63,134 nucleotides of DNA, filler included, from Octopus bimaculoides (GCF_001194135.2; 4 parts of 4 records of this genome joined end to end with filler, not necessarily neighbours in it), one strand, 5' to 3'. Numbered from the whole stretch's first letter, positions 1 to 13,573 are shown. A program made the numbers and translations. Notes: generated by a model not told the origin, from the letters alone.

Positions 1-48
1 TTACCCTTCCCTCGAAATTGCTGGCCTTGTGCTAAAATTTGAAACCAT
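1..48 (+). mobile_element. SINE family B, 3' end fragment
   Basis: aaattgctggccttgtgctaaaatttgaaacc matches the 3' end of the family B copies at 53600 and 62500. Confidence 0.45.
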
Positions 49-564
49 TCGTATTGTTTTTTCTTTCTTAAAAATAAATGTCTTTCATTTTTATCTACGG
101 TCTCTAGATTTGAAAAAACAATAAAATAGATCTGTACTAAATTTCGAATCAACGTCGATCAAGATTAATCACATGACAAATACGTAAATTACTTTCAAAG
201 TTGCCAGCCAAAAACCATATCTACCATCTTAGTTTTACCCTATTGGTGAAAAAAAAAAAAAAAAAAAACCCCCAAATCCTCACATCATCAGCAGCCACCC
301 AGCACAGCCAAACATTTGGATAATTATTTTGATTACTGTTCGAAATATTACCACCAAAATGGATTCGAAACACACTTCAGACCTTTCCCACTTGTTTTGT
401 CACCTCGAAATATCAACATATCAAAGGTCGGCCATCGTTTATATTAAATACAAATGCAAATATGTTCCACTCTCTCTTCCCCATCACATTCATACATACA
501 CACACACACGCTCGCGCGCGCATACACTCACTTATGTATGCATATGTGAGTGTATATGTACATA

Positions 565-786
565 TTCTTTTATTCTTTTATTTGTTTCAGTCATGTGACT
601 GCGGCTATGCTGGAGCACCGCCTTTAGTCGACCAAATCTACCCCAGGACTTATTCTTTGTAAGCCTAGTACTTATACCATCGCTCCCTTTTGCCTAACCG
701 CTAACTTACGGGGGCATAAACACACCAACATAGGTTATCAAGCGATGGTGGGTGGGGAAGACAAACACATACACACAAACATATAC

Positions 787-848
<62 letters not shown>

Positions 849-1011
849 GACGGGCTTCTTTCAGTTTCCGTCTACCAAATCCACTCACAAGACTTTGGTC
901 GGCCCGAGGCTACAGTAGAAGACACTTGCCCAAGGTGCCACGCAGTGGGACTGAATCCGGAACCATGTGGTTGGTAAGCAAGCTTCTTACCACACAGCCA
1001 CTCCTGCGCCT
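565..1011 (-). mobile_element. tRNA-derived SINE family A, full length (octopus OK/OR-type, CORE-like centre)
   Basis: The reverse complement starts AGGCGCAGGAGTGGCTGTGTGG (A-box-like), then GGATTCAGTCCC (B-box-like) and CCTTGGGCAAGTGTCTT (CORE-like). An internal (TA)n/(CATA)n tract precedes the 3' module. More than 10 homologous copies occur in the window. Confidence 0.85.
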
Positions 1012-1207
1012 GTGTATATATGTGTATATATGTATATATATATATATATATTCATATGTGTGAGAATATGTATGCTTATACACACACACACTCATATGCA
1101 TATATTTGCGTATGTATCTGTATATACATATGCATACACACACACATATATATATACACATTTTTATATGTGTCTACGTATATGTATATGTGTGTGTGTA
1201 TGTGTGC

Positions 1208-1243
<36 letters not shown>
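1012..1243. repeat. compound (TA)n/(CA)n/(TG)n microsatellite
   Basis: Seen directly. Confidence 0.9.
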
Positions 1244-1247
<4 letters not shown>

Positions 1248-1779
1248 AAGCAGGTAGAATGACAGTTCTAAAGAATCAGTTCAGTCAAGTAATTCAGAAG
1301 TCATAAAATAGAAATGTTTCTTCCACAAAGTAATCAGATAATTCGTTTAAAATAGATAATTTGGCGGCAAACGTTGTATCGGTCTGGTATTTGTGTGGAG
1401 CACATGTGTGTGCGTGTGTACATAGGTTTGTATATGTGTGAGTGGGAATATGTGTATATGTGTATGTGTGTGTGTGTGATAGTGTGTGAGTATGTGTGTT
1501 GCATGTGTGATATGTGTGTATGTGTGATGGTGTGAAAGAATGAGAAAGCGTATATATTTGTATGTGTGTTTCTGGCTGTTCAGAAGGAATGTATTTGTGC
1601 GTGTGTATACGTATATGTATAACTACCGAATGCGTATATGTATAACTACCGAACGTACGTGACAACGAGGAAAACAAATACGACAAAATAAAGTATACAA
1701 AAAAGAAAAATGCCGTGCGGCTGCAAGACAGACGGGCAATGTGTGTATGTCTGTATGTATGTGTGTGTGTGTACGTGTG

Positions 1780-1945
1780 TGTGTCTTTATGCCTGTGCTT
1801 GTCCACCACCACTATTGGTGTGTTTACGTCCCTGTAACTTAGCGATTCGATAGAAGAGACCGAAAGAATAAGTGCCAGGTTTATAAAAAGATAAGTACTT
1901 AAAATTCTTCAAGGCGGTGGCCCAACATGGTCGCAGTCTAATGAC
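1780..1945 (+). mobile_element. SINE family A, 3' half, diverged
   Basis: ggtgtgtttacgtccctgtaacttagcg...gaataagt...catggtcgcagtctaatgact aligns with the family A 3' module. Confidence 0.65.
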
Positions 1946-2790
1946 TAGGATGTCTCCCCGAAATGTCTACACACTTTAACAGCTGAAATACGTTTTCATT
2001 TCCTCTTAGTTTTAACCAGTTAAAAAAAAAATGAAAGGAGCCTGACTAAGCTTTGAACAAATGGAAATTTGTCCTAAAGGGCTACTGAAAGTTTGAAAAT
2101 GCAGTCGAAATGCAAAGACAATTTAGGAGGGAGTTTGAAACCTATGCGACTTATTACCTCTTGAATTAGAGAAATTCTGTACGGCAAGGCAGTTGTGAGA
2201 TAGAATTTTCAAAATCAAGCGTTCATTGCCTTTTGAAGCGCTGTCACTGGAAAAAGTTATATTCTAAGAGTATTCCATGCTCCCAATGTAGATGATATGC
2301 ACCGAAGAGAAGAGTTTTGCAAGTGTTACGAGGTAAGATGTGTAGAAGATGCACACTTTCCAATAAAGATTGTTTGGTGTGCATGTGGCTACATTTAAAT
2401 TAAATGGCTTGATTAACCGCCACAAGTGCACCTACTGGGACCTGAAAATCTGTATATTATGGAGGAACATGATGTTGATTTACCAGGAGTTACAGTATGG
2501 TGCAGCTTATCATTAAAAGTTTTTATGGGAGCATTTATTTTTTTGACGGTGCTATGATCTGTCTCATTTATACTTGAATTTGCTCCAGCAATCTGTCATG
2601 CTAAGCATTCGAAAGGACTTTTAAGATGTAAAGCTTTATTTTCAGTAAGCAGGAGCACTCCCACACTACCATAACAACGGAAATAGCCTACTTTGATGAG
2701 ATTTTGCCACCCATGGATTGAACGAAGAGAATATCTTCTGTGTTCACAGGAGAATGTAGCCCTTGATACAGTGAACAAATAAATGAATGA
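1946..2790 (+). mobile_element. degenerate Tc1/mariner-superfamily transposon fossil
   Basis: TIR-like start ggatgtctccccgaaatgtctacacacttt. Frameshifted translation RREEFCK..KIVW..TFKLNGLINRHKCTYW..LPGVTVWC..PHYH resembles the xWSDEAxFxLNGxVNRHN / VxVW / QDGAPPH blocks of DDD transposases. Many stops. Confidence 0.6.
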
Positions 2791-3089
2791 ATGAATGAAT
2801 GAATAAAATGAGGTGGGATAATAGTGAAGATTGTAAGATTCTCGATCAGGATTGGTTATGGGAGTTTAAATATCACCGACTGGGCACGAGACTAGTTTCG
2901 TATAAAACTAACTCCTTGAATACATAATGGTAGAACTTATTGTACTGACCGAAGAGGAAGAACTCACAAAGAGTCGGTCGACTATGGTTGTGTGCGTGCG
3001 TGTACGAGTGCGTGTGTATGTGCGTGTGTATGTGCATGTGTATATATGTGTGTGTGTGAGTATGAGTGCGTGTGAGTAAGCATGTGTGA

Positions 3090-3131
<42 letters not shown>

Positions 3132-4124
3132 ATGTGTATGTGTGCCTCACCACACTCTCAATACTCGCCCCATCGTCTCCACTCACATTCAAACTCTCTC
3201 AAAGCTATATTCACAATTCCACACGGGATGCGCTTTCCTGGAAATTATGACATTCTGTTTGTTCGTTTCTTTTTGCTTTTTATAACTTTTAATGCAGAAA
3301 ATACACAGAAAACAAAGGAACCGAAACTTACAACATCTCCTAAGCCTACAAACGCTGACTCTCTTTCAAGTGAAACCGTAATAACTCAAAAATGTCTCCT
3401 TAAAATCAGAAGTTATCGAAATATAAAACAGAAAAATATTCAAAGGGGGAAAAAAGTTTATAAAATTAAAAAAAAATAAGAATAAATAAATGAATAAATA
3501 AATTTCACGTTGAAATCGCAAAATTCTCGTAAAACATCTTCAAATATTGCCATAAAATCGATATTTTATGAAAAAACCCATTAAAAATAAAGTAAAAGAA
3601 GCTGATAAAAGGTCATCTGTGTCGTTAAAACTAACAGATGCTCGTAAAAAGGTAGAAAATATTTAATATTTTAGTTAATATAGGAACATTAGAAAATGCG
3701 TGTCAAACAAAATTATATAATTAATTTAAAATTTACAAAATAACTTGTTCTAATATTCCCAGTGGTAAAACAAAAAAAATAAAAGATAAAAATAAACTTC
3801 AATACCAAAAAAACAAAATAAATAAACAGAACTCAAAAAACACTGCAAAAATATAAAACAAAACAAGAAACAGCGAAGTGAAGCATTTCGCATAATGTTT
3901 TTTTTAAAAATTTCTAACAACACTTCGCTTTATTCCCACCGTAGTGAAGCATAATAGATGAGATTTGGTTGTTAGACTCCTAAGTCCCCCCCCCCCACCA
4001 CTCTATTTTGGGGGTGCGAAAGGCGGAGTGAGAAGTCCCGCGAGACCACTCACAAAGCAGCGGAGGTCGATTTTTAGTGTGAATGTATCAACTTTTAAAT
4101 TTGTTTTTAACTTAAAACTGTTGA

Positions 4125-4205
4125 CTGGATTTGAACTCAAAACACGGGAATACACTCTGTACAGCATCTGACCGACGTTCTAACGACCCATCCACTCGAC
4201 CAACT
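4125..4205 (-). mobile_element. SINE family B, 5' (tRNA-like) fragment
   Basis: The reverse complement has gtcgttagaacgtcgg...gagttcaaatcc (B-box). Confidence 0.4.
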
Positions 4206-5059
4206 AAAGAGGAAGTAGCTCCAAACAATAATATTATTCCCTCACCGTCTATTTTGGTACCCCACCATCTACATACCATGCAGTGTGGGTACCAGGCCAT
4301 CTAGGTACCGTATATAACAGTATGTAACACTACGAAACGAATTGAAGACATAACATACTGTTCATAAGATTTGATAAATACTTTTAATTAAACACAGACA
4401 GACAGTCAAACACACGCGCGCATACAAACGCACACACTCGCACGCATACACACACACACATATATATATACTCTTACATATATACATACATACGACGTTA
4501 TCCGATCAGTTTCAATCAAGCAACTTTCATATTCAAAAGTATTGGTCAACTCGAGGTTACAGGAGAAAACATTTGCTTAATGAACCAGACAATAGGCAGG
4601 ATCTGGAAACCACGAAGGAGCCAAGCAAACCTTTTAAGCATACAACCCTATCTGTCCCATATCCTATATTTTTAATGACATATTTTTTAGAATCCACAGC
4701 TTAGTAGGTCGCTGGTGTACTTTGTTCATTGAAATTTTACGTTCAAGTTCAGCCATTTGCATTTGTTTCTGGTATGAGAATAACAATATGGTTACAGTGT
4801 GTAAGCATTTGTTAAAGTTATACCATAACAGGAATAATATATTCGAGATAAATTATGTCTTTCATTTCGTTCAATAACTAATTTTTTTCCTTCATGACAT
4901 AGATATGCAACAGATAAGATATTTCAAGGTAAAAAGGGACAAGCGTGTGTAACAAAGAATATAATTTTCAAAGATGTTTTCTCCTAAGACTGCATCTTCA
5001 CTTCTTCTGCTCTAATAAGAATAGCTGATAAAGGGAAAATATGTTTGATATCTTCTTTT

Positions 5060-5277
5060 GTTTTATCTTTTTACTTGTTTCAACTAGTAGACTATGGCCA
5101 TGCTGGGGCACAACTATGAAGGATTTTTAGTTGAATGAATCAACCCTAGTACTTGTTTTTTAAGCCTTGTACTTATTCTACTGGTACCTTTTGCCGAATC
5201 ACTAAGTTACGGGGACGTAAACACACCAATACCGTTGTCAACTGGTTGTGAGGCGGAGAAACAGACACAAACACTCA

Positions 5278-5371
<94 letters not shown>

Positions 5372-5455
5372 CAGAGGAAATACACAGACAGACAGACACA
5401 CACGCACACATACACATATATTAACACGACGGGTTTCCTACAGTTTCCGTCTACC
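5060..5455 (-). mobile_element. SINE family A, 3' portion (split by MITE)
   Basis: Family A 3' module plus (CA)n. It stops at ccgtctacc and resumes at 6229. Confidence 0.75.
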
Positions 5456-6228
5456 GGATCTTTGTGGTTTTCGTCACTGTTTACAATTTTATTCCAATTG
5501 TTTTCAAATTTGGTATATGCATTAAGTTTTGTATACTAACTATGAAAATGAAATTCATTTCCCCTATAAATCCATAATTAAAAAGTTATTAGCCTTTAAA
5601 ATTTGCAAAATTTAAGTATCAGAAGCGAGTATTTTACACATCACCGTGGCGAAAAGCTCTGTTTCTATAGTAATCAAAGATGCTGCGCATGCGCACAAGG
5701 AGGAGAAGGAGGTACGAGAAAGATAATCTTCGTCTACTCCTGTGTTTTTCTCCGTCACAACATATGAATCAGAAAGGAAGGGGGTGATTGATGAATAAGA
5801 CAGGAAGGGGTGATGTCAAACTGGTAGTGGGAGCTTTTCAATTCTGTGTCTGTATATGTGTGTGTATGTAAAAGGGAAGTATGTGAATGTTTGTCTGTGT
5901 GAAAGCTTTTAAATATTTAATTTGCTCGCGAATGCTTTAATGTTAACTTCATTCGTATATATTTTAATGTTATGACTGTTATCTCTAGCAAGGTTTTGAC
6001 ATGCCGATACCCCTCCCCGCTGATGATGGAAGAGGCAGCGAATGCGCTGTTTTCTGATTGGCTGAAAGTTCTGAAAATTATCAGACTTCGAAGACCTGTA
6101 ACATTTTTGCAAAATTTTTCTGGAATAAATGAACAACAAATTCGGATTCAGAGTCAAAAATTACATTTGTGATACATTAGAAACATTTTTTAAAGATAAA
6201 TTGTAAACTGACGAAACCACAAAGATCA
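5456..6228. mobile_element. non-autonomous DNA transposon (MITE) with ~35-bp TIRs and putative 9-bp TSD (Mutator-like)
   Basis: Left ggatctttgtggttttcgtcactgtttacaattt versus reverse complement of right tgatctttgtggtttcgtcagtttacaattt. Flanks are ccgtctacc (5447-5455) and ccatctgcc (6229-6237). It interrupts an otherwise colinear SINE A. Confidence 0.75.
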
Positions 6229-6372
6229 CCATCTGCCAAATCCACTCACAAGACTTTGGTCGGCCCGAGACTATGGTAGAAGACATTTGTCCAAGGTGCC
6301 ACATAGTTGAACTGAGCCTAAAACCATATAGTAGGGAAGCAAACTCTATACCACACAACCACGCCTGCGCCT
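6229..6372 (-). mobile_element. SINE family A, 5' portion (continuation of 5060-5455)
   Basis: caaatccactcacaagactttggtcggcccgag...ccaaggtgcc...ccacgcctgcgcct. Confidence 0.8.
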
Positions 6373-7318
6373 TTGAATCTTGGGGTCTCGTTATTTTGAG
6401 TTGTCTTTCCTTCTCATATTGTTGAACTTGTTAAAAAGTTCATGGTTTGTGGTGGTTTTGTTGTTTATATTAGTACACATATTAATTATCTTCTTTGGTA
6501 ACATTGTGCAAGAATAAAACTTAATTAGGGGTTTCTAATTTTGATAGGTTCTGGGAAATTTCATTGTATTTTATTTCATGTATTCTATGGTTCTCTATGA
6601 ACTTGCAACAATCTTACAGCTTGTTGAATCACCACGGATACCGCTGGTTTCAACCTGAAGACGGTGGATAATTGGCAGAAGAGTTCGAACAAAGTATGAA
6701 ATGATTAGCATTATCAGGTTGTCTTGATAGAACGAGTTCAAATTCTGGTGGGGGTTGACTGTAACTATCCACTAGAAAGAGCAGTCTTCAGTCTCATATC
6801 ATGCCGTTGCGTCTCACATAAGGCAAAGACATTTGACTATGACTCTACACAGTCTTAAAATGACGGGACGGTCACAGTTGGAATGTTTTTGATTGTATGC
6901 TTACTCGACTAGAACTGACTCAGAGCTAAACTCCGCCAAAAGGAAGGAGTCTCTATGTGGTCATTCGAGTTTTTAGAAATAACAGCCAAATCGTGTTCAC
7001 ATTATATTTTACCACCTTTTAAAGAAGTTACAAGTGTCATTGATGGAACGTTTTTGACCAAAGTTCTGATCGATCAAGACCGACTCAGGGTTAAACAATA
7101 ACAACAACAACAGCAGTAATATTTCGCACCACATCATAAACTAAACGCTTGGGAAAATCTCAATATCTCAATAATTGCAGATCAAAGAAATATAATTAAA
7201 AAAAAAAAAAATTAACAAACCACAACTGCNNNNNNNNNNNNNNNNNNNNNNNNNNNNNNNNNNNNNNNNNNNNNNNNNNNNNNNNNNNNNNNNNNNNNNN
7301 NNNNNNNNNNNNNNNNNN

Positions 7319-7382
<64 letters not shown>
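7319..7382. repeat. (CTA)n microsatellite at gap edge
   Basis: Seen directly. Confidence 0.9.
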
Positions 7383-10189
7383 GCTTTTCAAGCGACTTCT
7401 ACACAGTGGGGTGGCTTGCCGATAACAAATTTCTCCAGACTCTTTGATTTTTTTTTCTACCTTGTGTCTGAAAATGGAGTTTTACTCCGAAATACTACAG
7501 GAATATTAAACAACCAAAGTAAAATAATTACATATCTTTATTTTTGCTTCCATTCACTGACCACTTTACATGTTTTGATTAATTCTTCATCTGCATTGCT
7601 CAAAGATTTTTCAAACATTTATCTCAAACATCAGGTTTACTCAGGTAGGGAGGGGCAGCAGCATCCATGAGCCGATGTGTTTCCAGGGCCTCTAAGGCAG
7701 GTAAGAGCAATGTAGGATATTGTTCTCAGACTAGAAACCTGGCCTGTACGCCTGCAACAAAGTGAACTCTGTTAAAAGTAGCGAAGGACCAGATGGTGGT
7801 GTTAAACAGGGAGACGGATTAAGTCGACAACGCAGCAACTCAGACAAGACACCACAGGACATCTCGTTCAACGTTCTGACGATTCAACTGCTCCGGATTG
7901 GCCATTTTATTTTATCGATCCTGACGGATGGAAAGGCAAAGTTAATCGCTGCGAGGTTTGAAATCAGAGCGCAGAGAGAAAGGGGGGGGGGAGAGAGAAT
8001 GAGAGAGAGAATAAAAGAAAAAGAGAGAGAGAGAAAGAGTGTTTGTTGAAACAAATATTTTTTTACATACACTGCATTACTCTGTCAATTCACTGCTAAC
8101 ATATGACTGTAGTGGCGATGTAAACATTGTACAATATACACTGTTAAAGATGTAGCTAATTGTCCGGAAAATTTTAATATTATGAACATCATCAGCAGCA
8201 GCGGTAACAGCAATGACAGCACCAAACCACCACCACCACCACCACCACAACAACAACAACAACCAGATCAATTGAAGAAGCCTTTGTGAAGTTGCTCTAA
8301 TTTTATAGTATATATTCACAATGTTTCCATCAACACTGTGTTCTTATGTAGGCGACGACTTGATAGAATGGTTAGAGCGGAAGATAAAATGTTTTGCGGT
8401 ATTTAACCCAGCTTTCCACACCATTTATTCGCGATATTTTGAAAAAAGAAAAAGACGTTTCTGCTTCCGTTGTGATGTATCCATCATAGATGGTAAAACG
8501 AGTTAGTTTCCGTTAACGGTGCAATAAATATCTCTCAAGTTTATAGGAGAAAAATAAACATAGAATCGAAAATAGAATCAAAATAGAACGAAATTGGAAC
8601 AAATTTAGGGGAAACTTGTCATGGACTTTGTGAGAGATCAAGAGATGGAGATAATAAAGGAGAGTTCGGAAGATGACGAAGGCGAAGAGAAAAGGAAAGT
8701 CGTGAGTCATGAGAATGTCTTAATATAAGTAGAGAATAACAGATGCTTCTCAAAGTATCTACACGTCCCGAAAAACTCTGACCTGGAGTTGAAACAGAAA
8801 TCATGGTTATGTAGGTTTTTGAGGATCATCGTGTATTAATTGTACAAAGAAGTTTGTATTCCTGTTTTTGTAGGACATTGACCTTATAATAATTTTCCCT
8901 TTCGTATCTTAATTACAAGCTTTTTTCTTTCAGTTTCTAAACATAGGTACCAAATTTTATCACACCTCTATTTTTTCGACACCTTTAAAAGACATGTATT
9001 TATTGAAACTTTATTTGAAGTTTCCTTTAGTCGTGCCTGTGTATCGTTTGAGTGCCGTCCCTGCGATAAACAGTGCTTCATTACAAAAATGCTCGGCGGT
9101 CTAAACTGCCACTTCTGCCACCATAAAGGCGGCAAACTAGTAATTGGCTTGTTGGAAACTAACGGCATTTTTCTTCACTAAAAGTATGATGTAAATTGAA
9201 ATATAAAAATATATAACAAGAATAACGATTATAACAAACACATATAGTCACAAGTATTCATAACAACAAGAACATTAACATGACTCACTACAGAGCATAT
9301 AACATGAAATAACAGCAACAACAAATCACGTTACAAATAACAACAACAACATTAAAAACACACGATAGAGCATAAAACAACACATGTAATAACTCAATAA
9401 AAACAGTAAGACATGTTGTTACAAATAACAACAACAACAACAACAACAACAGCTTAGTTGTCTGGTCATTAATTTCTGTATTAGTAATTGATGTCCAACG
9501 ATTAATTATTCTCCCTCTCTCTGTCTAACTTCTTTCTCTGTCTCCGTCTCTCTTTCTCGTTTCCCCTCACTCTCCCCACACACAGCAGCAGTTTTGATAA
9601 TTAGAAAATTGGTGAAAATTACTTGATAGTTCTGATTTTCATTAAACCGTCTGTTGTTTTGATATGGAGTATGGTCCCCCGCCTCTTCACCGTTCTCTCC
9701 ACCTCTCTCTCGCTACCCTTTCCAACTTACATACATATATAGGCAAATGGATATATCCAAAACATAGGTGCATACAGGCATATACATAGACAGATTCGTA
9801 CACACACACTCACGTGTAAATCCATGTACTTCTACATACATACATGTGTGCATGTGTGTATATGTATATATATATATATATATATACACATTTATATGTG
9901 TATATGCACAGAGAAATATGCATGCATACACATAGTGTATACAAATACATTAACACTCATATATACACTGACACAGACGCATGCATACAAATACATACAC
10001 ATTATATATGTAAATATGGATGCGTGTGTGTCTCTGTATGTATATGTATATATCTATGTACGTATGTTATGCATGGGTGTGTGTACGCTTGTATGAATGT
10101 ATGTATGTATGTACATTCACATACACACAAGCATTCACATATACACACCCATTCACATTTCTTCACGTGATAAAAGTTTGGGAGGTAGT

Positions 10190-10680
10190 TGGAGTGGTAT
10201 TGGTTGTATGTGTGTAATAAGTGGTTCTAAGAGTCTAAGTTGGTAGTTGCAGTGGTGGTGATGTGTTGGAGTCTAAAGTTATGGTAATGGTGCTTGTTGC
10301 AGAGGTGCTGGCTATAGTGGTGGTGGCGGTAGGGTCTGTAAGGTGGTATTACAGTGGTAATATTTGCTGTAGTAGTATAGTATTGGTTGTAGTAGCATTG
10401 TTAACATGGTAGTGGCAGTGGCTGTGGTAGTAGTGGTCGTATTTGTGGTTTTTGCTGTTGTGGTGGTGGTAGTACTGGTGGTTACAATGGTGTTATTGTG
10501 AGTTGTGATTGTAGTAGTCGTGGCTGAAGTGGTGGCGGTGGTGGTGGTGGTGATGAATGATGAGAAAGAGAAAAAGAGAGAAAGGAGGAGAGAGAAAAAG
10601 GAGAGAGAAAATGAGAAAGAGAGGAAACGAGAGAGAGAAAGAGGGAGAGAGAGAAAAAGAGAAAGAGAGGGTGTATATAG
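10190..10680. repeat. degenerate (GTG/GTA)n low-complexity tract followed by (GA)-rich tract
   Basis: Seen directly. It accounts for the Thr/His-rich pseudo-ORFs. Confidence 0.75.
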
Positions 10681-10890
10681 AATATGGTGAGTGTATACAA
10701 GTGGGTGAGTGTGTAAGAAAAGCCGATATTTCAAACACAGCAGACGACAATACAGTTGATGGTTGACAGGGCATTGATTGAAGCGATTGATAGTGGTGCT
10801 GGGAGTATTGATGGAGATGATGGAGTGCGGGATCGTACTGATGGTAGTGTTGGTGGTGTTGGAATTTACGATGTGTATGCATGCCTTTTG

Positions 10891-10921
<31 letters not shown>

Positions 10922-11050
10922 TATGTGTGTATATGCGTGTATGTGTGTGTGTACGGATACAATGTTTATATGTAGTTATGTACGTGAATGTGTGTGCGTG
11001 TATAGTTATATATATATGTAAATATACATACAGGTATGCTAATCTGTTCG

Positions 11051-11126
<76 letters not shown>

Positions 11127-11138
11127 GCTATCTATCTA
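11051..11138. repeat. (TCTA)n microsatellite
   Basis: Seen directly. Confidence 0.95.
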
Positions 11139-11264
11139 CTCACATTTACGTGTGTATGTATATGCCAGATTTTACGTCAGTAAAGTTGCTTTTAAACATT
11201 AGAATAATGTTGAATAATGTTTTTCACATGGGACACCTATTATATATATGTCTGTGCGCATGTG

Positions 11265-11295
<31 letters not shown>

Positions 11296-11499
11296 ATATA
11301 NNNNNNNNNNNNNNNNNNNNNNNNNNNNNNNNNNNNNNNNNNNNNNNNNNNNNNNNNNNNNNNNNNNNNNNNNNNNNNNNNNNNNNNNNNNNNNNNNNNN
11401 NNNNNNNNNNNNNNNNNNNNNNNNNNNNNNNNNNNNNNNNNNNNNNNNNNNNNNNNNNNNNNNNNNNNNNNNNNNNNNNNNNNNNNNNNNNNNNNNNNN

Positions 11500-11544
<45 letters not shown>

Positions 11545-11829
11545 GGGATGAGAGAGTGAGAAAGGAGCAGAGAAGTAAAGAGTGAGAGAGGAAGAAGAGA
11601 GAAGTGAAGAAAAGTCTATAAGATATCGAAAGCAATACCAAAAGATCGATATTCGGTTAGAAAAACCATATATTAACGACACGAGAATGCTAGCTTCATC
11701 TACCACTTGTTGCCGTCATCGAATGACAGACGATATTTCATCTTGGGAACAAAACAACTAGTAATGGCGCTTCAATCTTCCAAGCTGTCGTCTGCTTTTT
11801 CCATTTCCTATATAAATGGTAACATTAAG

Positions 11830-11975
11830 AACTGAGAGGTATCAGAAGCAGCACACGCTATAACTGATACATTCTCTGTTCGATTCTCGCCCTGGTCGAC
11901 TCTACTTTTCATGATCTTCCTGCAATAGATATCTACTAGTGACTTTTAATCGGCTTCCACCAAATTTCAAGTTGC
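11830..11975 (+). mobile_element. old SINE family B copy
   Basis: cattctctgttcgattctcgccctggtcgactctacttttcat is a decayed form of the B central region. Confidence 0.35.
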
Positions 11976-12071
11976 TTGAGTCTAGACTTATAAATTTCTG
12001 TTATGCAAGTTATGGATGCAGAAATAGTTGTATGTTGAAGAGTATGTGGTTATAGCACACACACACACACA

Positions 12072-12144
<73 letters not shown>

Positions 12145-12198
12145 GTGTGTGTGTGGTTGTATGTATANNNNNNNNNNGGTTGTATGTATATGTATGTA

Positions 12199-12229
<31 letters not shown>

Positions 12230-12238
12230 GTATGAGTG

Positions 12239-12270
<32 letters not shown>

Positions 12271-12283
12271 TACACATCTATAA

Positions 12284-12317
<34 letters not shown>

Positions 12318-12732
12318 GTATATATATGCATATATATATACACACATACATTTATACATATATATATATATGTATATATAAATATATACATATATATACA
12401 CATACATATATATACATGTATTTATACATTTATGCATCTATATGTGCGTGTATGTGTATGTGTGTGTGTGTATGTGAGGAAGAGGTGCCATAGATAGATA
12501 ATTTCCTCGAGTTATTTTTGCAAGACTCCATAAACACCTTTGCTAAATCAATAAACGTTTCGATTTGATTGTAAATTCTGTTCATATTTTTAGTTCAATA
12601 GACACAACACTAAGTTGAAATATTATCTTAAATGCTAACGGCAAGCTGTTTGTCTTTTTTAAAGCAATCTTTTCGAATGAATAGAAGCTAACTTCGGTAG
12701 TTTCCGCTCCCCTTCGTAGATAGTCGACTTAC

Positions 12733-12871
12733 ACAATGTTTTAGTAACAACTTTATCGAATTCATCAACTTCTTCTTCTGGCTTCATCATCTGAGGTGTC
12801 GACACTTTTATTTTCGTCATGAAACTGAAACTTGTCGAGCGAAGTAAATATCTGTTGCGTGATGACTGTCT
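12733..12871 (-). CDS. candidate internal exon (139 nt) of an unidentified host gene
   Basis: On the minus strand: polypyrimidine tract tcttttcttttcttctctt...CGCAG acceptor, one open frame (RQSSRNRYLLRSTSFSFMTKIKVSTPQMMKPEEEVDEFDKVVTKTL) and a consensus GTAAGT donor. No recognised homology. Confidence 0.3.
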
Positions 12872-13120
12872 CTGCGTTTGGAAGATTTTGTAAGAGAAGA
12901 AAAGAAAAGACCCGTTCTGAATGATAATGAGATGATAACGGGGGGGGGGGGGGGTATATTCACTATCTGGATTGGCAAAAACTTTCTGCTAACATGAATC
13001 GTATAATCTGAAACAAATCCATTCAGGTGTCTCAGGGATTGTTTGAGCCGCAAATTCTAGATTTTTAAAATATTCTTATTTTATAAAAATATTTTTTACA
13101 GCATTAACAACAATAAAACT

Positions 13121-13315
13121 CTTTCTCTTATAGGCACAAAGCCTGAAATTTTAGAGGAAAGGATCTAGTTGATTACCTCGTCTCCAGTGCTCAACTGGTA
13201 CGTATTTTATTGATTCCGAAAGGATGAAAGGTAAAGTGGCCCCTGGCGGAATTTGAACTCAGAACCCGAAGTGCCAGAAAAATTCTACTGACTGTTTTGT
13301 CAGCTTGCCACCTAA
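13121..13315 (-). mobile_element. SINE family B
   Basis: ccgaaaggatgaaaggtaaagt...ggcggaatttgaactcag...cagcttgccacct is the reverse complement of the B consensus. Confidence 0.7.
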
Positions 13316-13397
13316 AAGTAATAATCAATAAAATTAATACAATAATAATTATACCATGTTAATGATATTTGTACTTTACATCAGCAACTAAAATAAT

Positions 13398-13573
13398 GGT
13401 TCTAATTTTGATACGAGACCAACAATTTTAGGGAGTGCTCGACTGATACTTTCATTTTATCGACCTCGAAAGATGAAAAACAAAGTCGACCTCGGTGGAA
13501 TTTGAACTCTAAACGAAAAAATACTGCTAAGCATGTTCTCCAGTACGGTAACATTTCTGCCAGCTCGCCGCCT
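13398..13573 (-). mobile_element. SINE family B (tandem with previous copy)
   Basis: ttttatcgacctcgaaagatgaaaaacaaagtcgacctcggtggaatttgaactc...ctgccagctcgccgcct. Confidence 0.75.

Noticed and set aside
8608-8706. Acidic plus-strand mini-ORF ending at a GTGAGT donor-like site
   Set aside because: There is no polypyrimidine acceptor, and the purine-rich composition explains the open frame.
10312-10962. 216-aa ORF and similar His/Thr/Tyr/Ile/Val-rich ORFs throughout
   Set aside because: They are translations of microsatellites and low-complexity tracts, open in several frames and on both strands.
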